A stretch of DNA of 53,841 bases from Girardia tigrina (Eukaryota). The DNA is taken from NCBI GenBank assembly GCA_001938485.1, contig MQRK01236146.1, forward strand, positions 1-53,841. The letters are read 5' to 3'. The position numbers and the translations under genes are program-made. The notes below the pieces were generated by a model. That model was not told the DNA's origin. It searched no databases and saw only the letters and a list, made by a program, of their open reading frames with translations. Positions 23,599 through 35,419 of the stretch are shown piece after piece (the stretch's first letter is position 1; every line of letters starts with the position of its first letter).

Positions 23599-24010
23599 TC
23601 ATCTAAACACTCTCAATAGGGTTTTCGAGAGACCCGTTTGCACATTGATCTTAGGATCTAAAGATCTGATATAAAGTGCTTCACATGCCACCCTCTCCCA
23701 ATAGTTTTTAAAACGAGAACACAGAATTTTAAAATCATTTATGTTTATGTTTTCATTCGACTTACAACTCTTTCTGTGTTCTGCAATATTAATCCCACCT
23801 ACATTCCGACCATGTTCTTGGATTCTCCTACAAAGATGACGGGACTTCTCTCCAATACATGTGGCATTACATCCATTACATGTAAACTTATATACGAGAT
23901 CCGAACATAATCCAAATGGGATTAAAGATTTATTACAAAATACATTTTTGATTTTATAGGTTTGTGATGTTATTTTTAAATTAAAAACGTAATTCTTTAC
24001 TTCATTAAGT
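23599..24010 (-). mobile_element. Penelope-like element 3' end, GIY-YIG endonuclease
   Basis: LVYKFTCNGCNATCIGEKSRHLCRRIQEH...IAEH...EALYIRSLDPKINVQ is the typical PLE GIY-YIG with CxxC. Confidence 0.9.
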
Positions 24011-24160
24011 CGCATTTGTGATAAGAAATTGTTTTTGTGATACAAACACAAATATGTATACATACATACTGATGCATGCATATTTGACATTATTGACTGA
24101 AACTCACATGAAGTATTTAAAGTATTTGTAAACGTATGAGGTAAATGTGTTTAGCTATAT

Positions 24161-25880
24161 CAGGGGTGGTTACACTTAAATGTTGTATGATCGACTAAAA
24201 TTTTTAATATTTAACTACGATCGACTCTTTTAGAAATGAAAAAACAGAACACAGTATGTTTATTTATTTTATTATAAAATCACATAATTATTGTATAAGG
24301 TAAGTGTAATTAATTTTTGGATGTTGATGCATGGTTATCCATGTCATCGCAAAGTCTTGTAAAATTAGATTTGTACTTACTGATACACAGTCTGATAGAT
24401 GTCATCAAGTGGTTATTAGTCAGATTTGTGAAAAGAAAATAATTTTGCGATTTGATTATTTTCATTTGCGAAAATGCTAATTTGCATAAATAAGCGGAAC
24501 CAAAGCATACATATATTCTTGATACTACTGATCTCAATAATGGAGTTTTTTCTTCTGGTACAAACTTCCAAAAAAATTTCATTTGCACGTGATTTCAAAA
24601 TTTTATCTGATTTTATTGTTAAAACTTCCGACTTTACATCTGATAAATTTAATTGGAAAATATGAGCTACATTGGATGACATATCCTCGATTTTATATTC
24701 TCCACATGGAAAGGAAATCAATTCAAAAATAGTTTGAAAACGACTAAGATTTGAAAATATTCTCTCAAATTCTGAATTAATATTGTCTATTTTAGAACAG
24801 ATTTTTTCGATGTTGATTGACCAGTAAGTTTAATCTGATTTTCTAAATATAGAAAATTCTTTTGGTCATTATTTTTTAATAGTGACGCATACAATTTTAA
24901 TTTTGCTTTAAAAGCATTTACAGAACTGACTAACTAAATAATATTCTTTCCTTTTCCTTGTAATTGTAAATTGAGAGAGTTATAACGATCCATCAATTCT
25001 CTTTAGAGAAGCTAAATTTTGTAACTAAACTGGATCTTCCAAATTTTCTTGTTTTTCTCTAAACAAATTTAAAAATTGAATTATTTTAGACAAAAGACTT
25101 TAAAATCTTTTTAAAAAGCTTTTCTGGCTACGCCAAATGACATTACAAAAAGTAATAAATCTTCGTATTGGGAATCATTTTCTACAAGTTCAGTACGGAT
25201 TCCGAACTACGGAACAGTCGCCTCCTTAAAGTACGGGCTTTTATTGAGTTAATTATTTTCATAATATAATTAACATCTAATATTTTTGCACATAAGGCGT
25301 TACGATATTATGATGCAATGAAATGATATTAAATCAGGAAATTGTTCATTTTGTTGACAAATAGTTACAAATCCATTTTTTTGACCAACCATTGCATGTG
25401 CTCCATCGGTTGCAATAGAAATCGACTTATGTAGAGGCAATTGTGTTTTCTCTGTATATGTAATAAATGTTTTGAAAATATCTTCTTCTCGTGTCATACC
25501 TTTCGTCGGAAAATTGGTAAAAATTCCTTTTTTATCGAAATATCGGAGAATATCATTCTTATAAACATAATTAATTGTGCAGTATCTATGATATCAGTTG
25601 ATTCGTCAAACTGTAATGAAAAGAAGCTGCAATTTTGTATGTGATCTTCAATTGTTGAGTGACATTACCACTCATATCTTCATTAGGTCGAGTTATAGTT
25701 CGGCGAGAAAGTTGCAAGTCTTTAATTGCAATAAGAATTTTGTTTTATTTTTAAAGTTGTTAAATAATTTTTCCCTGCTCTCAAGGAAAGCTTCCATTAC
25801 GAAAACTTCACTATCATGATAAGGTTTTTCATGTTTTCTCAAAGCTTAGAAGATCACTTAGAATGCTTCATATAGTTTTC
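24161..25880 (-). mobile_element. hAT transposon (Buster/SPIN, GTF2IRD2-like), degenerate, one end present
   Basis: FDESTDI.DTAQL, SIATDGAHAMVG, FHCII, LNLQLQG and FGSAYLCKLAFSQMKIIKS motifs across frameshifts; CAGGGGTGG terminus at 24161. Confidence 0.9.
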
Positions 25881-26334
25881 ATATGGTCTTTTGTTCATAT
25901 GGTTTTCTGATGGTATACCTTTAATGTTTTTTTTGTTATTTATTTTTTATCTTTTTTTTATTTTTCTTTAAAATGTGTTATTGAGAATTCTCTTACACAA
26001 ACAACACGACAATCTCTAGCTGATCTCATGAACTATTTCTTAATCAATCTCAAAGAACAATTTAAACATGGCATCTAGATCTGAACTTGAAAGACTATCT
26101 TTGTTAAAACCACTCATCTCTAAAAGAATATATGAAATGAACGATAATTAAATCGACATCGACCAAATCATAATTCAAATTAATCAATTCTGCAACTGCA
26201 GCAATATATCTATTACAAATTCAAATGGTAAACAATTCGGATAATGGTGAGTGTTTCGAGATAAATTTAATTTAAATAATTACAAAAAAAATAATAAATT
26301 AAATACGTAATATTAAAGTTTTATTTAACTACAC

Positions 26335-28245
26335 TTATCGAACTATGTTGAACTACACTTTTCGATAATATCGTTTTCTTCATAATTTCTAATGATATCG
26401 TCTAATTTTTCTTCGAAATGTTTCGGCTGTGGATACGGTTTCACTAATACCGGTTCTCCATGCGTTTCGATTTTATGTTTTGTCAGTAAGATTCTTCCAA
26501 TATCCCATTTGTCGGCCATAAATATTGATTTATATTCTGTTAAAAGTCCATTAATTGGTCGTCAATTATTTTTCGTACAGCTCTTTAATTCTTTGTAGTC
26601 TATCTTCATCAGAGGGGCTGTCTCGTATTACTAATACATTTTCTGTGTGAGATGGTTCTTTCTTCAACTTTATTCCAAATTTGTCCAAAAAATCTATTCC
26701 TGCTATCATTTCTGGATCTAGGTCTTTAACTACAAAAAAATCAATCGTTTTCTCTAACCTTTCAATTATCACTTTTAGTTGCACAATTCCATAGTTTATA
26801 AGTTCCGAGTCATTTGCACAGTGTATTCGTCTTTTTGTTTCTTTTATTTTGATATCTTTCATATCTTTGATAATCTCTGCTTTAATAACATTGACTCGGG
26901 CCCCTGTGTCCGACAAGCACTGTACACTTTTATTTTTTATGCGAAACTTGGTCGTCCTTTCAATTCTTTATAATTTATGTTAAACATTGGTATTCTCAAT
27001 ACATCTGCATTCTTTTTTTCTTTTCTTCTCTTTTTCGGTTTTCATATTATCACATTTTCCATCATTTACATCATGTTCACCATTTAGTATACATATCTCC
27101 AGAGGAATATTTTTAAACACATCATCAAACATACAATCACAAACACATTCATACATGCAATCAATCATACATCTACATTTACTTCCTATTGTAGCACACT
27201 GATCACTTTTCCCTGTGATCGTGCATCCTCGTTTCCCTGCTCGTCTCTGAATTTCTTATTATTCGTGAAGTAATCTCTTCTTGTAACATCTTCCCTTCTA
27301 TTTGTTCTTTCCGATATTCTGTCCCATTCCTCATTTCGTTCTCCTAATTCAGCCAATGAATATTTTCTATTTGTCTTTGGACTTCGCTCTCCATATTTCA
27401 CATTCGAATAATTTCTCCTGTTAATCTCTTTTTATCTTTTCGTTGTCCCGTTTCCATTGCTCCCGTTCTCTGAATCTATTTGGATTTTCATAGCATTGTG
27501 TTCTTACGTGCCCCTTTTTATTACAGTTGTTGCACCTGATATTTGGGCATTCTCTTCTCACATGACCTTCTTCATGGCATACCCGACAATAAATTTTTCT
27601 CGTTTTGAAATATCTCTTTCTTTCTTCTATTATTCTTTCTTTGTTTTGTCGTCTTGGTTGTCGTCTCTCATGTTCGACCGTTCTCCATTCGTTATCTCTT
27701 TTTGTGGTGTACGCGTCCACCCTTATATCTTTACTCTTTGATTCGAATTCGTATATTTTCTTCTGTAGACATTCGATATCCACAGCTTTCTCTTTTTGAG
27801 AGGTCCTTTGATCAACTTGTATTTCCACAAGTTCCCTCAATATCTCCAGAATGTTCTTTTCTCTGGTGAATGCTTATCTCATTTTTGTTTCCCATGTATC
27901 TCCCTGTGCATTTTCGTATTTGTCTATTGCTTCCGGAGTCATGAATGCTGTCACCAGCAAGACTCTTCTTTCTTCTGAGAATCCCATGATCTTCGCATAT
28001 CTGCCGAAGCTCTTTAAAAACTCCTCAACTTTTGACTCAGATCCGTCAAATATTTCTGCACCTCTAATGTTCGGAGTCACGTGGTCGTTGGTCGCCATAT
28101 TAAGAACATTAATTGAATTTCCTTTACATTTATTATTATCATAATTTGAATTGTCACTAGAACAATTCTCCGTAAAACTTGCGTAGCTCGTCATCGTTCT
28201 TGATTGATAGTCTTTAATAATATTCTTTAACGTCTTATTATTCAA
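26335..28245 (-). mobile_element. Ty3/Gypsy gag-protease-start of pol, degenerate and truncated
   Basis: Gag with two CCHC knuckles (CRVCHEEGHVRREC, CNNCNKKGHVRTQC), aspartic protease DTGA...IAGIDFL, and RT lead-in HKIETHGEPVLVKPYPQP...IIEKCSS. Confidence 0.92.
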
Positions 28246-28249
28246 ACAA

Positions 28250-28557
28250 ATTTAAAATACAATTTAATAATTACAAAAATAATTTATACTTTAAATTATA
28301 ATTTAAGTATTACAAAAATTATTTATAATTGAAATTTAAAATATTTTTTATTTATTTTAAGAAATTATTATTAAAATATTATTTATGAAATATTAGTTTA
28401 ATTTTAAAGTGATTATTTAACTTTTAATAATTGATTAAACAACTCGACGTTTTAAAATATTTAAAATATCAATCTTCCATCTGGGTGGGAGAAACACAAT
28501 CCTAAAACAACATACCAAACAACACACAATAAACACCATTCAAAAATATTCCTCACA
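28250..28557 (-). mobile_element. LTR family A copy upstream of and co-oriented with the Gypsy gag
   Basis: Starts TGTGAGGAATATT at 28557 on -; core CCATCTGGGTGGGAGAAACACAATCC; no PBS recognised. Confidence 0.7.
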
Positions 28558-28559
28558 GT

Positions 28560-30320
28560 GATTATGATAATAGATGAAACCATTTTAATGACTATGGAAT
28601 TATTGAAAAGAAAAGCGGATACTAAATACAAGAAACATAAGAATCTACAGGCAATGTTAAAACTTGGATACGGTCAAAATAGCAACAGTCAAAATAGCGA
28701 CTTCAACATAGCGACATATACAAAAATAGAACATTTTATTAAAATTACTACTACTACAATGCGGAATCCACCTCGAAGAATTGTACAGGATGCATTGGCC
28801 GAAGTTAATCAGGAAATTTCATCAGCTTTAAGTTCTGTTGCGAATCTTCGTCAGATCATTCGACAGAAGAGTAAAGCTAACTTCAATTATCCTTCAGTCC
28901 CTACCAGTCTCAAAGAATTAGTGATTCCTCTAAATTTGAAACTTACTATAAATTAAGGACCATTTTTATTATATGATAGTGGTCAATGTGAGGATAACAG
29001 GATTATTATTTTCAGTACTAATCAATTTCTTAAACAGTTGCATGAATATGAGCACTGGATGTGTGATGGAACATTCAAATTTCCTCAAGATTGTTTTATC
29101 AAGTTTTCACAATACATGTTTGTGTATTTGTTCTGCTTCCAAATAAGCAACAATCAACCTATCGTGAAATGTGGAGAAAAATCAAATTTTTAAGGTTCGA
29201 ACTTTCTCCTAGAAGTATTCAAATAGATTTTGAAATAGCTTCTAAAAATGCCATAACAGAAGAATTTCCAGAAACACAAATTTATTGCTGTTACTTTCAT
29301 TTAGGACAATCGCTTTGGAGAAAAATACATGATGATGGATTAAAAATGTCATATTTGCAGAACGAAAATATCCGCAAATCAATGAAGATGCTCCTTGCAT
29401 TAGGTTTTATTCCAATAAATGAGGTAAATGATGCTTTTGACGAACTTGTTGCTGATTATTCACCACAACTAGTACCTTTAATAAAAATATTTTGAAGATA
29501 ATTATATAGGTAGAAGAAATAGAAGAGGGGTACGAAGAATCCCACTTTTCCCGATAGAAATGTGGAGTGTACGAACAAGACAAGAATTGGGACTTCCTCG
29601 CACAAACAACCAGCTTGAAAGCTGAAATAATGCCTTCCAAGGGTCAAAAGAAATGTTGTACCCTTCCATTTATAGATTTATTGAGGCAATACAACGCGAA
29701 AAATCTCTTCAAGTAAATTACATCAAAATTTTACAAGGCAGAGATTTAGTTCAAAAAATGAATAAATATTCAGCCATGAATTAAAGAATTACTGTAGTAC
29801 AACAAAATCAAAATCAATACAATTTACTAGCGTTCTTACAAGTCATTGCGTATTCCTTGGAAATAAATGTTTCTTAATTGTTTAGCTTTTTTATTTATAA
29901 TTGCATTTTTATAATTATCGCTATTTTAATTAAGTCACTATTTTGACTGTCGCTATTTCGAGTATCGCTATTTTGAACACGAACTGTTAAAACTACTGAT
30001 GTTTTGTATTAAAATTACGTCCTTTTTCAATGGGTTCAACCTTTGCTACAACACTGACTTCAATCTTCAGACGACTAATCGAAGATATGTACTGGAGAAA
30101 ACCATCTGCGTATAAAATGTTTGTGAAAGATATATTTTTAGTTTTCCACGACAGAGTTTACATTTCATCATTTCTGAATTACATGAACTCCATTGATAAT
30201 ATTATCAGATTCATAACATAATTAGAGGATAATAATAATCTTCCAATGCTGGATATTCTTGTAAAAAGTATGAGTGGTGATTATGAAACGGAATGGTACA
30301 AAAAGGCAGCAGTCACATGA
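28560..30320 (+). mobile_element. Penelope-like reverse transcriptase fragment split by a MULE insertion
   Basis: IDETILM...MLKL | MGSTFATTLTSIF...YKMFVKDIF...FLNYMNSIDNIIRFIT*LEDNNNLPMLDILV...TEWYKK corresponds to PLE RT MGSPL..NIF / RYVDDIF / LPFLDV motifs. Confidence 0.8.
28665..29984 (+). mobile_element. MULE element with degenerate transposase
   Basis: Subrepeat TIRs (GTCAAAATAGC / GCTATTTTGA); 10-bp direct repeat TGTTAAAACT at 28655-28664 and 29985-29994. Motifs FLLYDSG, WMCDGTF, IDFEIA, CYFHLGQSLWRK, PRTNNQLES*NN. Confidence 0.93.
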
Positions 30321-31169
30321 ATTTTAATAACATTAAAAGGTTGCTTTGATAAGAAATGCAAAGATCCTAAAATCAAAATGTTAGTTCAGAAAGTATCTTC
30401 AGTATCTTCAATGGAATTCGATTCAGATGACAAATATCCTTAATATCAATGTGTTGGGGTTTTAATTATTAAATTATCTTTAATTCAATTATTCACTTTT
30501 AAAACACAAATCTTAAATCTCTATCTTTAATCGTAAATCTCTTTTCTTTATTCTTTAATCAATAATCTTTTATCTTTTGATCTGACTCCAATTATTCAGA
30601 AAGGTCTTCCAACATNNNNNNNNNNNNNNNNNNNNNNNNNNNNNNNNNNNNNNNNNNNNNNNNNNNNNNNNNNNNNNNNNNNNNNNNNNNNNNNNNNNNN
30701 NNNNNNNNNNNNNNNNNNNNNNNNNNNNNNNNNNNNNNNNNNNNNNNNNNNNNNNNNNNNNNNNNNNNNNNNNNNNNNNNNNNNNNNNNNNNNNNNNNNN
30801 NNNNNNNNNNNNNNNNNNNNNNNNNNNNNNNNNNNNNNNNNNNNNNNNNNNNNNNNNNNNNNNNNNNNNNNNNNNNNNNNNNNNNNNNNNNNNNNNNNNN
30901 NNNNNNNNNNNNNNNNNNNNNNNNNNNNNNNNNNNNNNNNNNNNNNNNNNNNNNNNNNNNNNNNNNNNNNNNNNNNNNNNNNNNNNNNNNNNNNNNNNNN
31001 NNNNNNNNNNNNNNNNNNNNNNNNNNNNNTGTTAGACTAAATATTATTTTATTTGAAATTAATAATTTTACTAAAAGAATTATTTAAAAATTTTCCTTTA
31101 TAAAATTTTATCAAAAGTGTTCACATGTAAATTTCGAAACCCTAACAAATGGATTAGAAATGACAGGGC

Positions 31170-31450
31170 CTAACTAAGCCTAGAACATTTTGAAATCACT
31201 ACTGAACTTTATCAATAATTGAAAACATTGGTGGAATGGAATAATTAGCTTTGTGTATTTTTCTTAATCCATACAACTTAACTGGTTGAGATACTTGACA
31301 CTGAATGGTTTAAGAAACCTCTTTATCGCTGAGCTTTTCAGTAATTTTTTAAACTTCTTTTTATCTTTCTTTGGGATAAAAACGGTATTCTTTTTAATTT
31401 TAAATCATCAAACTTTCCAGAACTTAATAGATCGATTATTTTACCCATAT
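31170..31450 (-). mobile_element. Penelope-like RT N-terminal fragment
   Basis: SQPVKLYGLRKIHKANYSIPPMFS matches the PLE LYGLPKIHK..P.RPI.S motif; contains stops. Confidence 0.7.
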
Positions 31451-31459
31451 AATAATTGT

Positions 31460-32170
31460 TGTTAAGGATGCATGAAACTAACTCCGAACAGAAAGGAAGT
31501 TCCCATGGAGAGAACAAATGGGAATCCTCCGGTGATCAACATCACTTTGGGCATCTCCACTTGACATCGTTCGGACGAAAGATGGAAATATGCAACCTAA
31601 CAGAGATTAATAATTACTCAATTATGGCACAACATGACGGGTACCATCTTCAACTTATAATGCATAAATGATTTATAACTTATAAGATTTACTATATAAA
31701 TTCAATTTAATGACTTAGTTTTCGATGATTTTCAACACTTTTATTATTATTATATTTATATTATATATTATTATATTTTTTTATTAATATAAGTTGATTT
31801 GTCCTTAAAACTTTAGTAAGTTTGAATCACAATTGATTAATAACTTGTATTCGATTATCTAAACCAATTTGAGACCAGAAAAAACTCGAAAAATATTTAC
31901 TAGAAATTTTATTGCTTAAAATTATAATAAACATTAATTTTTTTTAAATATTAATTCACTCTATTTATTTAAAAATTTAATATAAAATGAATCGAATTAT
32001 TTAAAATTATACAATTATATTAAATTACAATAAATTTAAATATTATATGTAAATTTAAATACAATTAGTTACAGATTATAAATATGAAAATATTTTTTGG
32101 CTGGGTGAGTCACAATCCTAATTCAACATACAACATCCAAACACAAAACATCATACAAACCTCCTCTTAT
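31460..32170 (-). mobile_element. Longer, diverged LTR family A relative
   Basis: Core GGGTGAGTCACAATCCTAATTCAACATACAACATCCAAACACAAAACATC at ~32103-32152; 31780-31930 resembles 8805-8965; TGTTAAG at 31460 resembles the distal terminus of the 33167-33575 LTR. Confidence 0.55.
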
Positions 32171-32860
32171 CGATCATCATTACGGAACTAGGAGCTTTTC
32201 TAGGAACAGTCAACTTCTGTCCCCCTGCAATCTCCTTTTTTTCAAATATGGTTTCAAATCTAATTATTCTCAGTTTGGGTCCTAAACGCTCTAAAATCCA
32301 TCTGACCGACCATTAGCCACGAATTTCGGAAACTTAAAAAATTGAAAACCTCAAAATATTATCATAACCCAAGATGGACACGGCACTAAATCTCACAACA
32401 GTTGCTAATTCCGTTGAAGTAGAAGTCGTTTTACACCACTTGATTAAGAGTACTCACAAACCTATGGAACACATTTCATTTAAATTGAACATCCATCTTT
32501 GATCGATAACTCGTATCGATAGTATTAGTGGTCAAACCCTTTCAACATTTCTCAAAAGGCTGACATTAAATAATCCGAACCAACCACAGACCTGTTGTTT
32601 ATCTTATGGTGCTGAAAAATCATCTTCCAACCAACAGTGTCAAAAATTCTTTCTCACAGACTTTAATCTAACCATCACTTAACCTTCAAGGAAAAAATAC
32701 CGTTACCGATTTTCTTTTCGATAAGTCAATAGCATCAATTTTCATCTTATCCTTACAAAATATGAACTCTAATCCACCTCATCACCAGAAGACCTGACGA
32801 ATTTTAAAAATATTTCATGCAAGGCAAATGTAACCTACATCAACGATTTCATTTTGCACT
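32170..32860 (+). mobile_element. Heavily decayed LTR-retrotransposon pol remnant
   Basis: TELGAFLGTVNF (RT thumb LRSFLG..N motif); the remainder is poorly recognisable. Confidence 0.35.
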
Positions 32861-33166
32861 CACAATTTAATTATTATTGGTAGAGGGCGATGAGTGACGC
32901 AATGATGAGAAAAAATTTTGATTCTAAAATCAATACATAAATTTTGTGCCGAATTCGTGTAATTGCAGAATTCATGAACAAAATATGTAACTTTACCGAA
33001 CTCCTGTACTTGGTTATTTTCGCAAAATTCACGAACTAAGCAAATAATTTTGCAGAATGCATTTATGAAATTGAAAAGTTTAATATTAAAATGAGAATTT
33101 TTAATATTAAAAATAGAAAAATCATTTCCGAATGAAAAATCGCGAATCCAAATCAGACTTCAAATC

Positions 33167-33575
33167 TGTGAGGAATATTTGGTGTGTTGATGTTTTGTGT
33201 TTGCATGTTTAAATGTTGTGTGTTGATTTGGGATTGTGTCTCTCTTAATCAGATGGATGATTAATATTTTAATTGCTATAGTCTGAAACTAATTTATTTA
33301 AATTTAGATTTAATATTCAAATTTTTAATTTTTATTATTGTAGCTTTTAAATAATTTTATTGATTTTATTTTTGTAAAATTTTAAATAATTAAAATCCAA
33401 TTGATGTTTAAAAATTAGTATTTTTATTTTAGCCAATAAAATTTAAATTAAATAATATTCTTCAAGTTATTTCAGATTGCAAGGAGGAGTATTAAACATA
33501 CTAGCGATTGTCATAATGATGATCAAACTTGTCAATGTAATAAATGTTCTGTCAAATGTGTTAGTTCTCTTAACA
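33167..33575 (+). mobile_element. Solo LTR (family A) with 5-bp TSD
   Basis: TGTGAGGA...TCTTAACA termini; AAATC at both 33162-33166 and 33576-33580; flanks rejoin as an AAATC-rich tract. Confidence 0.8.
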
Positions 33576-33780
33576 AAATCTAAATCAAAAATGCCAAATC
33601 AAAAAACAATACTACAAAAAAACATTATTTATATTTTATTTAAATGATTAAATATTTTTTCCCAATTCATGAATTCGTCAATTACATAAATTTAAGAAAA
33701 CACAATCTTCTTCAACTTTATTGAAAGTTTTTTTATGATTTTTAAATTACATATTGATTACACAAACATGAGTTTGGTAT

Positions 33781-34080
33781 TTAACCCTAGAAAGATAATC
33801 CTATAACTAAGTCCTGAAAAGATAACCATTCACTTTAAAGGAGTATGCTTATTGTACCTATGCATTTTATGTTAGTAAATTATTTTTATTTTAAAGAATT
33901 ATTATTTACGTTAGTGAAAAGAACAGCTCAATTCACGCACCGATTAAAGAGACAACGGTAAGTTTACGACGCGGGCGCTTCTGAGATGTAGGTTATCTAT
34001 CTCCAGATAAATGTAAATATATCGATGTTAGTTTAGTGAGAAGATGACGATATTGATCGCAATGAATAATGATGAGCGTT
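33781..34080 (+). mobile_element. piggyBac terminus (single end)
   Basis: TTAA-CCCTAGAAAGATAATC with an internal repeat AAAAGATAACC; partner end not found. Confidence 0.65.
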
Positions 34081-35419
34081 TTTTTGTGTTTAATTAAAAA
34101 TAATTAACATAAAGTTTGTTTTATTTTTCTCATTTCAAATACTAATTAAAGGATTGATTAATTACGATTCACAACACATTCTCTCATAATGAGAATCAAA
34201 ATTAGTTTGTAGAATAGAAAACTTAACCTTTGAAATGGACGAGGTTCTATCTTTCTGATATTTTAATCCACAACCTTGATTTATCTTCTCAAACATGAAT
34301 GTTTTCTATTCCGTATGTTGAGATTTATCTCTTAAATGTACGAGCGGATAATTTATAGTTGTTGATTTCACTGAGTTAAGTTTAAATAATTTATAGAAAA
34401 ATTATAATTTCCCTCACCATTTTTCTTAGTTTTACAAAATTCATATTTAATTAATTAAATTATTTTTCTTTATTTTAAGCTAACCTAAAATAATCAAATT
34501 ATATTTCCCTAAAAACCATTTATAAACATTTGAAAAAAAATGAACTTCGAATAATTAAATTTCTTTTCAACTAGTGATGTTACTGAAAAAAAATTAAATT
34601 TAAGTTTTGCATGAATTTAATTAATTAATTACTTTTATGAATCCTTAAATCAATGAAATTCTGAATACACAATTTTAAAATGTTTCTTTTTTAGAAAAGC
34701 AAATATCGATTTTACATTTTATTCTCATATTTACTACAATTTTTTTGAAAGAAAATGATTAATTTAAAATTAAAAAAATAAAACACATAAATATCATATT
34801 ATAAAAAAAATATTATTGTTTCTTCTCACATTAACTTTATTTTTAAAATAAAATAATAATAGTAATAATAATATAATAAATTAAAAAATAAATATTTTTT
34901 ATAAAAAAATGTAAAATAAGAAAATATACGTATTTTACAAATAGAATCTATTTAAATATGACTTTTAATAAAAAAATTAAATATTTCTAAAATTAATTAT
35001 TATTGTTGCTTTATCTCACATTAGTTTCACAAATATTTTTTTGCATTTTAAAAATTGTTCTTCAAATATATCTTTTGTGACAAATTCTCATTATGGTAAT
35101 GTTTATTTCTATTATGTTTGCTTGTTTTACTACGGAATCTCTGGATTCAAAGATCTTATGGATTAGAAATCGAAATATTTTTTTATAAAAATTATGTATC
35201 CCATACGTGTTGCGCTCTGTCCCAAATTTAAATAATATGTCAACGACGTGGAGATGCTTGCTACAAGTTGAATCTTTATTTTAACCGACCCCGCAAAAGA
35301 TGTGTTAATGCAAATGAATTATAAAGAATTATTTTTAGTTAGTTAATTAATTAATTATTTAGTTCTTTTTCTTTGACAAATTTTAATAATTTAGAAATAA
35401 TTAATATTTTTAAAGATAA

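Noticed and set aside
8790-33575. CRISPR-like or programmed-elimination boundary repeats
   Set aside because: Copies are kilobases apart, in both orientations and diverged; TG..CA termini with a 5-bp TSD fit an LTR better.
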